Below, piece after piece: positions 1 to 7,972 of a stretch of DNA of 15,576 nucleotides. Under the pieces are notes generated by a model, which saw nothing but the letters and a program-made list of their open reading frames with translations, did no database searches and was not told where the DNA came from. Source of the stretch: an uncultured Dehalococcoidia bacterium (GTDB taxonomy: Bacteria > Chloroflexota > Dehalococcoidia > Lucifugimonadales > UBA3495); assembly GCA_950072105.1 (NCBI GenBank), contig CATMOE010000071.1, forward strand, positions 1-15,576, given 5' to 3'. Position numbers and translations under genes: made by a program. Within the stretch, counting starts at the first letter, position 1; the number at the start of each line of letters is the position of its first letter.

Positions 1-369
1 CTTTGTTGTCGTGGCTGGCCATATTAGTCAGCAAATGCGAGAGGTCCCTTAACGGGTAAAAACTTAGGTTTAGTCTATCTTGGTGCCAAATATAATATCA
101 CCACATCAGGAGTATAACCGACGGCCACTAAGTGGACTTGGCATTGTGTCATTTCCTTCGGATCAGCGCGTACAACGCCCACCGCCAGTCAGGCCGGTGG
201 CTGATATGGTGTATTGGATTGTGAATTTTCTGAAGCCAACTGGCGTCCTTCCGGCGGCGCGGGCCGAATCGGATATTCTAAAGGCGTGTCTAACAGCATA
301 GAACAGCAGCACCGGTTTCAAATTGCGATGCCGGCGCGAGACCGCTTGGATGATGTGAGTCCTTCTCCT

Positions 370-1113
370 CTATAGTCCCAATCTCCAGGCATACAGGACC
401 GCGGAGACAGCGGTGGCTAGGTTGAGGCTGGATACTCCAGGAGACATGGGAATGGAGACACAGTGGGCGGCTCTGGCCATTAACTCCCGGCTGAGTCCTT
501 CCCGCTCCGCGCCGAAGGCAAAGATGGCATTGGATGGCAACAACCCCTGCCGCAACGGCTCACCGCCGGGGTCGATAACCACCAAAGGCCGATGACAAGC
601 AGGGAGGGAATCGATCCGGGCTACCGGTATCGCATACTGCAATCCCGTCGCGGCGATGACCGCCGCCGGGTTCCAAGGGTCCTGCGGGCCGGTGGTTAAC
701 ACCCCGGCCGCTCCCGCCGCTGCCGACACTCGGATCGCCGCGCCGATGTTGAGAAGATTCCTTGGGTTCTCCAGCAGCACCACGGGAGCAGGATCCTGAT
801 CGTCCAGCATCTGGACCGGGGACACTTTGGGACGCTTTGCGATGGCGATAACGCCCGTGGGGGGTGTCACCGGCGCCAGCTTGGCGAAGACATCAGCGGG
901 AATTACCCGAACATGTTCATCGACCTTGGCAGCGGTGTCGGGAGCATACTCCGCTACAAGTTTTTTCAGGTCTCCATCTTCCGCGGCAACGACGTCCATT
1001 AATTCCGCGCCGAAGCGAATGGCGTGTTTCAGAGGGTGAAACCCTTCCAGAACCACCAGGGTGTGGTCGCCGCGAGCGCTACGAAAGCGATCGATGCGAA
1101 CCTGGTGGTTCAT
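370..1113 (-). CDS. TrmH/SpoU-family (SPOUT) RNA 2'-O-methyltransferase, 247 aa
   Basis: SpoU motifs LENPRNLLNIGAAIRVSAAAG, FAFGAEREGLS and IPMSPGVSSLNLATA. Start reassigned to the ATG at 1113 (MNHQVRIDRF), 16 nt after the helicase stop. The ORF-track extension to 1389 overlaps the helicase. Confidence 0.9.
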   Translation of the reverse strand: MNHQVRIDRFRSARGDHTLVVLEGFHPLKHAIRFGAELMDVVAAEDGDLKKLVAEYAPDTAAKVDEHVRVIPADVFAKLAPVTPPTGVIAIAKRPKVSPVQMLDDQDPAPVVLLENPRNLLNIGAAIRVSAAAGAAGVLTTGPQDPWNPAAVIAATGLQYAIPVARIDSLPACHRPLVVIDPGGEPLRQGLLPSNAIFAFGAEREGLSRELMARAAHCVSIPMSPGVSSLNLATAVSAVLYAWRLGL

Positions 1114-1129
1114 GGTACTCGCTGCTGCC

Positions 1130-2476
1130 TTAGGCCGATCGGCTACGGCCGCCGGAGGGACGCTGCCGATTTCCCGGCCTCGGTCCTCTGGGGACGCTGG
1201 GCGTGCCTGAAGAGATTCCCACTGCCAGTCCCCGCCTTCGCGTGGCTTGGCCACTGGCAGGTCTGCGGTTACCCGGATTGCCGCCGAATTGGCGGCCATT
1301 AGTCTGGGGCTGAATGAACCGGTCTGGCGGGAATTGGGCTTCAGGATCGAAGTCGCCATAGTTGAACCCAGGCAACCGGCGCCGTTCAATCTTGGCGTTC
1401 AAGACCTTCTCCACCACACGCACCATGGGCCGGTCATCCGGCACGGCCAGGGTGAAGGCTTCACCGGTTTGTAGGGCCCGGCCGGTACGGCCGATGCGGT
1501 GGGTGTATGCGTCTGCCGTATCCGGCATGTCGAAGTTGATCACGTGGGAGAGGTTCGGCACGTCGATACCGTGGGATGCGATGTCCGTCGCCACTAGGAT
1601 GTCGAACTTCCCTTCCCTGAATCCGTCCATCGATTGCTGCCTTCGGTTCTGAGACAGATTGCCCTGCAGCGACGCCACCCGGTATTTGTGGTTCGCTAGG
1701 TCTAACGCAAGCCTTTTCGTGCGATGCTTGGTTCGGGTGAAGATCAATGTACGTCCCGCGGGCGTCTGTTCCAATAAGGCAAGTAGCAGGCCCCTTTTAA
1801 GTGCTTCAGGAACCGGGTACAGGGCATGAGATACGGTTTTCGCCGGCGCTATGGGGTCGACTTGCACCGTGGTGTGGTCATGTAGGATGTCGACCGTCAG
1901 CTTTCGGATATCTTCTGGCATCGTAGCCGAGAATAGAAGAGTTTGGCGCTTGGTTGGCACCAGCTTGAGGATGCGCCGGACGTCGGGTAGGAAACCCATG
2001 TCGCACATGGTGTCGGCTTCATCCAAAACCAACACCTCGATCCCAGACAGGTCGATGGCGCCATCGCCGACGAGATCCAGTAACCGGCCGGGGCATGCAA
2101 CCATGATTTCCGGGTTGCGCCGCAATCCTTTTAGCTGCGGGATCTTGCTCACGCCACCATAGATCGCGATGCTGGTCACTCTGGTATCCTGGGCAAGGTC
2201 TCTGCACGCCTGGTGGATCTGCTCGGCTAGTTCACGGGTTGGCGCCACGACAAGCACGCGTACTTTGCGTGTCCCGGGATTGCGGATCAAATGGTGGATG
2301 ATGGGCAACGCGAAGGCGGCCGTCTTGCCGGTGCCGGTCTGGGCTAGTCCTAGAAGGTCTTTCCCCTCCATGATAGAGGGAATCGCTTGTTGTTGGATGG
2401 GGGTTGGGGTGGTGTAGCCTACGGCTTTGACACCGGAGAGAATAGCTGTATCGAGGTTGAATTCTTGGAAACTCAC
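1130..2476 (-). CDS. rhlE: DEAD-box ATP-dependent RNA helicase (RhlE-like) with basic Gly/Arg/Pro-rich C-terminal tail
   Basis: Q motif (GYTTPTPIQ), AQTGTGKT, PTRELA, LDEAD, SAT, HRIGRTGR. GTG start with AGGAG upstream. The symbol is a family-level guess. Confidence 0.93.
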   Translation of the reverse strand: MSFQEFNLDTAILSGVKAVGYTTPTPIQQQAIPSIMEGKDLLGLAQTGTGKTAAFALPIIHHLIRNPGTRKVRVLVVAPTRELAEQIHQACRDLAQDTRVTSIAIYGGVSKIPQLKGLRRNPEIMVACPGRLLDLVGDGAIDLSGIEVLVLDEADTMCDMGFLPDVRRILKLVPTKRQTLLFSATMPEDIRKLTVDILHDHTTVQVDPIAPAKTVSHALYPVPEALKRGLLLALLEQTPAGRTLIFTRTKHRTKRLALDLANHKYRVASLQGNLSQNRRQQSMDGFREGKFDILVATDIASHGIDVPNLSHVINFDMPDTADAYTHRIGRTGRALQTGEAFTLAVPDDRPMVRVVEKVLNAKIERRRLPGFNYGDFDPEAQFPPDRFIQPQTNGRQFGGNPGNRRPASGQATRRRGLAVGISSGTPSVPRGPRPGNRQRPSGGRSRSA

Positions 2477-2575
2477 AGAGGGTGGTTGCTCCTTGACCGC
2501 TTTGAGCTAAGCCACACTCTCAGCCCGATATTCGCCGTCATTTCGATTCGGTCATCACCATGATGCCGTTTAACC

Positions 2576-2584
2576 AGTATAGCA
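2576..2584 (-). promoter_or_regulatory. Putative extended -10 promoter (TGcTATACT) for the helicase-methyltransferase operon
   Basis: Minus strand reads TGCTATACT about 100 nt upstream of the GTG start. No convincing -35. Confidence 0.45.
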
Positions 2585-2678
2585 GGTGCCGCAATCCGGA
2601 TGATACTTGGCTAATCTCCCGGTAACCGGCTAATATCTAGGAGTTATTAAAACTCTCAGCTTTGGAACGGAGTGACGG

Positions 2679-4211
2679 ATGCGGTATGACACGATAATTA
2701 TAGGTGCGGGTTCCGCTGGTTGCGTGCTTGCGTCACGCTTGACGGAGGACTCTGGACGTTCGGTATTGTTATTGGAAGCAGGGCCAGACTATCCGGACCA
2801 CGAATCGATGCCAGACGAGATTAAACACGACGCCAACCAAAGAGCGTCCGAAGATAACGCCGCCCACAACTGGTCCTTTGTCGGGTCAGCAAGCCCTAAG
2901 CGTCTCGACTTGGTGTCCGTGCCTCGGGGCAAAGTCACCGGAGGCACCAGCGCGATCAACCACCAGATATTTCTTCGGGGCACGCCCGAAGATTTTGACA
3001 ATTGGGCCTCCATGGGAAACGATCGGTGGAGCTTTCTGGAGGTGTTGCCTTACTTCAGGAAGCTGGAAACCGACTTGGATATTCGCGACGACTTTCATGG
3101 TTCCCAGGGGCCGATCCCCGTGCGCCGGCACCCCCGCGAAACCTGGTTGCCGCTTCAAGCCGCCTTTCACGCCGCTTGCGTTGCAGAGGGATTCCCCGTA
3201 GACCAGGACATGAACAATCCGGAAGCTAGTGGAGTTGGACCGATCCCGCTGAATTACATCAATGGTGTGCGCGTGAGCACGGCATTGAGTTACTTGGACT
3301 CTTGTCGGCACCGCCTCAATTTGACGATCAAAAGCGGCGTTCTTGTTAAAAGGGTACTGTTCGACGGCAAGCGGGCCACTGGTATCGAAGCGGAGAGCGG
3401 TGGTGAAAACTTCACGGTCGAAGGCGATCAAATCATTCTAAGCGCGGGAGCGGTAGCTTCACCCCAGCTGTTGATGCTGTCAGGCGTGGGTCCGGGTGGC
3501 AATCTCGCTAGCGTCGGAATCCCCTTGGTTCATTGCCTGGAGGGGGTAGGGCAAAACATGAAGAACCATCCCTCACTATCCATAAGGTTTCAACCCAAAG
3601 AAGGGTATTCTCTGCCACCCGAGTCTCCCCGGAACCAAGTCGCCCTACGGTTCTCGGCCGCCGGGTCCACTACGCGGAATGATATCCAGGTCCAACCCAT
3701 CACGTCGGGTCCGCTGGGGAAAGAAGCCGACGAGATTCGGGTTGGCTGCCGGCTAGAGTTACCCTTGAGCGCCGGAGAACTCACCCTCACGTCCGCCGAG
3801 CCCCAGATCCAGCCCAAGCTGGATTATCATTCGTTGACCGAAACGCAGGACCGCGAGCGCTTCCGCGAGGCCGTGCGCACATGTGTCCGTATCTTCGGGC
3901 ACCAAGGCTTTGATGACATCATCCAAGAACGTACCTCGCCCAGTGAAACCGACTTGGCTTCCGACGCCAGCTTGGATTCATGGTTAGACAGTAACGTAGG
4001 AGTGGCGGGACATACCTGCGGCACCTGCAAGATGGGACCTTCATCAGACCCATCGGCGGTGGTTGATCAGTTCTGCCGGGTGCATGGGCTGGATGGTCTG
4101 CGGGTGATTGATGCCTCGGTTATGCCGGAGATCACTCGGGCCAACACCAACGCCACAACCATCATGATTGCGGAGCGGGCCGCCGATTTTATCCGGCATG
4201 GCGATGAATAG
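2679..4211 (+). CDS. GMC-family FAD oxidoreductase (choline dehydrogenase/MftG-like)
   Basis: IIIGAGSAG FAD-binding motif, RGKVTGGTSAIN, GAVASPQLLMLSGVG, C-terminal HTCGTCKMG and ANTNAT (His/Asn active-site pair). Substrate cannot be assigned. Confidence 0.92.
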   Translation: MRYDTIIIGAGSAGCVLASRLTEDSGRSVLLLEAGPDYPDHESMPDEIKHDANQRASEDNAAHNWSFVGSASPKRLDLVSVPRGKVTGGTSAINHQIFLRGTPEDFDNWASMGNDRWSFLEVLPYFRKLETDLDIRDDFHGSQGPIPVRRHPRETWLPLQAAFHAACVAEGFPVDQDMNNPEASGVGPIPLNYINGVRVSTALSYLDSCRHRLNLTIKSGVLVKRVLFDGKRATGIEAESGGENFTVEGDQIILSAGAVASPQLLMLSGVGPGGNLASVGIPLVHCLEGVGQNMKNHPSLSIRFQPKEGYSLPPESPRNQVALRFSAAGSTTRNDIQVQPITSGPLGKEADEIRVGCRLELPLSAGELTLTSAEPQIQPKLDYHSLTETQDRERFREAVRTCVRIFGHQGFDDIIQERTSPSETDLASDASLDSWLDSNVGVAGHTCGTCKMGPSSDPSAVVDQFCRVHGLDGLRVIDASVMPEITRANTNATTIMIAERAADFIRHGDE

Positions 4212-4292
4212 CAGTAAGCTGACTCGCGAAGTTGCGGCCTCAACCCAGCGATTAAAAACCCGCCCAACCGGACAAAATGACCAGGAGGAAAC

Positions 4293-5165
4293 ATGACTCC
4301 GGCGCCTAAAGACGAATGGGTAAATCTGAACGGACTGAGCTTCCATTACCGGGACTGGGGTGGGTCCGGGCAACCTATTGTTCTGTTGCACGGCCTAGCG
4401 TCTAACTGCCATATCTGGGACATGGTGGCGCCCATTCTTGCTAAGGACAATGCAGTGGTCGCGCTGGACCAGCGGGGCCACGGAGTCAGCGCCAAGCCCG
4501 ATGACGGCTATGACTTCGCCACGGTCAGCAACGATCTCCTAGACCTGATCCGGGCCAGAAACATGGAACGCCCGATCGTTGTTGGACATTCGTGGGGCGC
4601 CGACGTTGCTCTAGAGTTCGCCGTCGCCTACCCGGAGATAGCCTGTGGGATATGCTTCGTCGACGGCGGTATGATTGAGCCGTCGGCCCGTCATGCGGAC
4701 CTGGCAACGGCCAAAGAAGAGATGGCTCCGCCAATCTTTACAGGAGTTACTAAGGAAGCCTTCTTGGAGCGGTTTCGGTCTCGAGGCAAGGACAGGTTCA
4801 ACGGTAATGACGTTGAGGACATAGTCCTGGCCAACTTTGAAGTGCTGCCTGACAACACCATCCGGGCCAACCTCAGCCGGGACAACCACCTACGGATAAT
4901 AGAAGCCCTGTGGGACCATCACCCCCCGGCCCTCTACTCCCGAGTAACTTGCCCGGTGTTAATGATGCCGGCCAGACAAGAGAGCGACCCAGCAGCCCTG
5001 GAAAGAGGAGACCGGCGGGCCAAGTCGTTATCAGTGGCGCAGAGTCTATTGCCGATCAGCAAGATCAAATGGATGGAAGACAGCGTCCACGATGTCCCCA
5101 TCCAGCGGCCGGAATTGGTGGTGGCGACCATTAAAGAGCAGATTGATGGGGGGTTCTTCGGCTGA
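4293..5165 (+). CDS. Alpha/beta-fold hydrolase
   Basis: LLHGLAS oxyanion motif, DQRGHG, GHSWG nucleophile elbow, C-terminal His (SVHDVP). AGGAGG RBS just upstream. Confidence 0.92.
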   Translation: MTPAPKDEWVNLNGLSFHYRDWGGSGQPIVLLHGLASNCHIWDMVAPILAKDNAVVALDQRGHGVSAKPDDGYDFATVSNDLLDLIRARNMERPIVVGHSWGADVALEFAVAYPEIACGICFVDGGMIEPSARHADLATAKEEMAPPIFTGVTKEAFLERFRSRGKDRFNGNDVEDIVLANFEVLPDNTIRANLSRDNHLRIIEALWDHHPPALYSRVTCPVLMMPARQESDPAALERGDRRAKSLSVAQSLLPISKIKWMEDSVHDVPIQRPELVVATIKEQIDGGFFG

Positions 5166-5265
5166 GTTGATCCTGCGACGGTCTTGGACCGCGTCTACAG
5201 CTATCCCCCTTGGAAAATTTGCCGTCGCTGGCATCAACTATGGCCACTACCAACGTATTGCCATT

Positions 5266-5412
5266 CTATTTCTTAGCCGGCGGGTTGTTTCCCCTTCCCT
5301 GACCCGACGGATTGCCAGTCCTACTCGGAAAGTTGGGATTGGGGCGGCTGCCACCCCCTTTCGCTCCGCCCTTTCCACCGCCGCCCTTTGCCATCGTAAT
5401 GAACTGCTGCAT
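5266..5412 (-). CDS. Small 48-aa Gly/Pro/Asn/Lys-rich peptide (MQQFITMAKGGGGKGGAKGGGSRPNPNFPSRTGNPSGQGRGNNPPAKK)
   Basis: Hand-translated; absent from the ORF track, whose shortest entries are 60 aa. AGGAG RBS 8 nt before the ATG, strongly biased composition, Gly encoded by varied codons (GGC/GGT/GGA/GGG). Confidence 0.65.
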   Translation of the reverse strand: MQQFITMAKGGGGKGGAKGGGSRPNPNFPSRTGNPSGQGRGNNPPAKK

Positions 5413-5753
5413 GGATATCTCTCCTGTTTCGGATGCTCACGCCATCTCACCTATTTATGTGGTAGGGCCTCAGTGGCCATCTCGACGACCTCGACCGGAA
5501 CTGTGGCGTGGCTCCAGATATATAGTCAATACGTTCCCAGTTGTGAAATGGACGCGTCTCCGCACGTTAGGAGGAGCGACGGTGCCAAAGGAGAATTTCG
5601 TCGTCCTACTCCTGAAGTTGGGTGGCACCGCCCGCCGCGAAGTATATCGATAGAGTTTTGCTTAAGTACCAGGCGGCTGAGATGTGCAGATTCTACCCCG
5701 TTACCTTACCGGATAGGCATCGGGAAGCTCTCTTGTAAGGGGGAGAGAAAAGC

Positions 5754-5829
5754 TGGTGGAGCTGGAGGGACTCGAACCCTCTACCTCTTCAATGCCATTG
5801 AAGCGCTCTCCCGGTTGAGCTACAGCCCC
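5754..5829 (-). tRNA. tRNA-Ala (anticodon GGC)
   Basis: GGGGCTGTAGCTCAACCGGGAGAGCGCTTCAATGGCATTGAAGAGGTAGAGGGTTCGAGTCCCTCCAGCTCCACCA: 76 nt cloverleaf, G3:U70 alanine determinant, A73, A32-U38 typical of tRNA-Ala(GGC), encoded CCA. Confidence 0.98.
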
Positions 5830-5853
5830 ACTAATAAAGTAGTGGTCGTCGGG

Positions 5854-5881
5854 GCGCTCTCCCGGTTGAGCTTTAGCCCCA
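5854..5881 (-). repeat. Direct-repeat copy of the tRNA-Ala 5' end (acceptor 5' strand + D arm)
   Basis: 5854-5881 matches 5803-5830 at 26/28 nt, offset 51 nt. Confidence 0.92.
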
Positions 5882-5909
5882 AAGAGCGCACCCGTGCGGG
5901 TGCGCTCTT
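5882..5909. repeat. Perfect 13-bp inverted repeat (hairpin); possible terminator for upstream genes or 5' leader stem
   Basis: AAGAGCGCACCCG-TG-CGGGTGCGCTCTT. Only a short U run follows on the minus strand. Confidence 0.75.
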
Positions 5910-5911
5910 CC

Positions 5912-5940
5912 AATATAGCAAACGGGCTGTGCGCCCGCAA
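5912..5940 (-). promoter_or_regulatory. Sigma70-type promoter for tRNA-Ala
   Basis: Minus strand TTGCGG-17 nt-TATATT with extended -10 TG. Confidence 0.6.
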
Positions 5941-5957
5941 CTGCTGAAGGTTGCTCT

Positions 5958-6875
5958 TTAGCTCTTTCTGGTGAACTTGACCACGGTCCGGCCCTGGCTA
6001 CCCTCGTAAGGTTCCACCACATAAAGGTCTTTGTGGGAATCAACCCAGATGCCGTGGCAGGAGCGGTGGGTGAGGTCGCCCCATTGTGTCAGTATTTCCC
6101 CGTCCAGATTCAGAATGCTGACCAATCCTCCGTTGTGCTCCGCGACGTACACGATATCCTCGTCGTCCACGTACATCACCGCCGCCCCGATAAGCTTGCT
6201 GGGCCAGGTGGTGATGTACTCCCCGTCCTGGGTGAAGGCCTGGATCCGGTCGTTCTCCCGGTCCGCGATGAGCAGCCGTCCCTTGCTGTCGATCCAAGCG
6301 CCGTGGGGAAGGTTGAACTCGCCCGGCCCGGATCCCGGACCGCCCCAAGACTTGATGAACTTTCCATCGGCGGCGAACTTGTGGACCCGGGCATTGGCGT
6401 AGCCGTCGGCGATGAACACCTCACCGGCGTCGTTCACGGCGATGCCGGCGGGCAGGTTAAAGGGGTCTCCACCGTGAGTGACATCCCCGTAGCCGGTGGA
6501 GCTGAACACGGTATTATCGACGCCGGTGTCCGACCGGAAACCCTTGACTCCTATCGTCATCAACAGCTTGCCGTCAGGGGTGAATTTCATAATCTGGCAG
6601 TCGTTTCTCTCCACCAGCCAGACGTTGTCGTCTTTGTCCAGAATAATGGCGTGGGGAAATAGGAAAAGCCCGGCTCCCCAAGACGATAGGTAATTACCCT
6701 CCCGGTCGAAGATCATTACCGGATGGTCCGGGTCCCGGTTGAAACAGTAGACCCGGTCCTGGGAATCTCCGTACACCGCGCAGGCCGGCATCTTCCAATC
6801 TCCGGGCAGCTTGGCCCAGTGCTCGTCCATCTCGTAGGTATATTTTCCGCTGCCAACCGTTTTGGTCGTGGTCAT
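5958..6875 (-). CDS. NHL-repeat beta-propeller, peptidyl-alpha-hydroxyglycine alpha-amidating lyase (PAL)-like
   Basis: NHL repeats with FPHAI, ADGYANARVHKF, FNLPHG, ADRENDRIQ, CHGIWVD. GAGGTG RBS. Confidence 0.88.
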   Translation of the reverse strand: MTTTKTVGSGKYTYEMDEHWAKLPGDWKMPACAVYGDSQDRVYCFNRDPDHPVMIFDREGNYLSSWGAGLFLFPHAIILDKDDNVWLVERNDCQIMKFTPDGKLLMTIGVKGFRSDTGVDNTVFSSTGYGDVTHGGDPFNLPAGIAVNDAGEVFIADGYANARVHKFAADGKFIKSWGGPGSGPGEFNLPHGAWIDSKGRLLIADRENDRIQAFTQDGEYITTWPSKLIGAAVMYVDDEDIVYVAEHNGGLVSILNLDGEILTQWGDLTHRSCHGIWVDSHKDLYVVEPYEGSQGRTVVKFTRKS

Positions 6876-6906
6876 TAGTCACACCTCAAAAGTTTGTTAA
6901 GGATCC

Positions 6907-7803
6907 TTAGAATGCGACGATGCCGGGTGTTTTGACCCGGACGCTGTACACTGAGTCGCCGGGCGTGGTGTATAGGGTGCGTAAATCGGCATCGCCAAAG
7001 GCGATATTTCGCGGCACCGCCGGGCCCTTGATAACGCCGACGATCTCTCCGGTCGGCTCTACGACCCAGATACCTCCGGAGCCGACGCAGAAAACCCGGC
7101 CCGAAATATCTACCTTCATGCCGTCGGGCACGCCCTCTTCCGCCGAGGACATGTCGCAGAAAACCCGGTTATTGCTCAACGAGCCATCGGCGGCCACATC
7201 GAAGGCCCTGATCTTCCGGTGATTGCATACCGCGCCCGTCTCGGCCTCTTCGAAACACCGCTCATCCAACCGGCTGATCGCCACGTATAGTATCGACTCG
7301 TCGGGAGAGAAAGCCAGGCCGTTGGGGTACTCGCACTCGTCGGTGGCCACTTGAATCTCGCCACCGGGAGAGATACTGAACACCCCGTAAAAGTCCATCT
7401 CCCGCAATTCAGGTTCAAGCCGTAGGCCCGGGTCGGTGAAGAAGACAGTTCCGTCGGACCGGCAGACCACGTCGTTGGGCTTGTGGAACCGCTTCCCCTG
7501 ATACGTTTCGGCGATGGTAGTGACTGACCCATCGGCGTCCATCCGGGTGACCCGCCGGTGATCGGCGCCCTCACACATCAGGAGCCTCCCCTCGCGGTCC
7601 AGGGTGCAGCCGTTGCCCTCTCCCGTGTTCTCTCGAATCACCGTTACCCCGCCGTTGGGGTCCCATCGCAACAGACGGCCATTCAGGTCCACGAAAGTTA
7701 AGTAGCCCTCTTTGTGCCACAAGGGACCCTCGGTCCGCCCCATGCCGCTGGCAATCAGAGTGTGCTCCCCTGTTTTCAGGACGCTGGAAAGGTCGTCAGG
7801 CAT
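6907..7803 (-). CDS. SMP-30/gluconolactonase/LRE-family beta-propeller protein
   Basis: TEGPLW, GNGCTLD, KPNDVV, FFTDP, PNGLAFSPDE, PDGMKVD. AGGAGGAG RBS. Confidence 0.92.
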   Translation of the reverse strand: MPDDLSSVLKTGEHTLIASGMGRTEGPLWHKEGYLTFVDLNGRLLRWDPNGGVTVIRENTGEGNGCTLDREGRLLMCEGADHRRVTRMDADGSVTTIAETYQGKRFHKPNDVVCRSDGTVFFTDPGLRLEPELREMDFYGVFSISPGGEIQVATDECEYPNGLAFSPDESILYVAISRLDERCFEEAETGAVCNHRKIRAFDVAADGSLSNNRVFCDMSSAEEGVPDGMKVDISGRVFCVGSGGIWVVEPTGEIVGVIKGPAVPRNIAFGDADLRTLYTTPGDSVYSVRVKTPGIVAF

Positions 7804-7833
7804 GGACTCCTCCTATGGTGATGGAATGGGCGG

Positions 7834-7842
7834 ATTATACCA
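7834..7842 (-). promoter_or_regulatory. Extended -10 promoter (TGgTATAAT) for the lactonase-PAL operon
   Basis: Consensus TATAAT with TG extension about 30 nt upstream of the ATG at 7803. Confidence 0.6.
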
Positions 7843-7892
7843 GCAGCCCCAGTCTGGTGTACATCGGTGGTTAGGCGGGATGTCGGCCCCGA

Positions 7893-7921
7893 TTGACCAG
7901 GCTATGCGGGTACACTACAAT
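7893..7921 (+). promoter_or_regulatory. Sigma70-type promoter for the small protein-amidase unit
   Basis: TTGACC-17 nt-TACAAT. A second TACAAT lies at 7943-7948. Confidence 0.65.
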
Positions 7922-7972
7922 TTGCCTCTCCGGGACCACGGTTACAATCAGGTGTTAGTAGAAGGAGCCGCA

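Noticed and set aside
1..22. Possible start of a minus-strand gene running off the window (MASHDNK...)
   Set aside because: Only 7 codons are visible and there is no clear RBS, so it cannot be supported.
80..301. 73-aa ORF, and an imperfect inverted repeat (about 94-109 with 201-215)
   Set aside because: TTG start, no RBS, no recognisable motif. The repeat has an indel and a mismatch across a ~90-nt gap and matches no RNA family I recognise.
1114..1389. N-terminal extension of the TrmH ORF to 339 aa
   Set aside because: Overlaps the helicase 3' end in another frame; the ATG at 1113 gives a normal-length SpoU protein.
5615..5633. T-box-like sequence AAGTTGGGTGGCACCGC
   Set aside because: No recognisable Stem I/specifier loop upstream, no terminator, and no downstream plus-strand gene to regulate.
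5672..5728. TPP-riboswitch-like words (GCTGAGA...CCCGTTACCT...GGGAAG)
   Set aside because: Lacks the conserved CUGAU and GCG core elements and points toward the 3' end of an opposite-strand tRNA, with no gene to control. An Rfam scan would settle it.
5166..5753. Integrated element at the tRNA-Ala 3' end
   Set aside because: No integrase and no duplicated tRNA 3' end found in the window; the 10-nt match near 6495 lies inside a coding gene.
5803..5881. 28-nt repeat pair read as a mini CRISPR array
   Set aside because: Only two copies, one is part of a tRNA, and there are no cas genes.
5092..5961. 289-aa plus-strand ORF
   Set aside because: Runs antisense across the tRNA and the small peptide gene, with Arg/Ser-rich non-protein-like composition; shadow ORF.
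5266..6875. 48-aa peptide as substrate of the PAL-like enzyme (amidated RiPP)
   Set aside because: The peptide does not end in Gly, no PHM-like monooxygenase or protease is nearby, and a tRNA transcription unit separates the genes.
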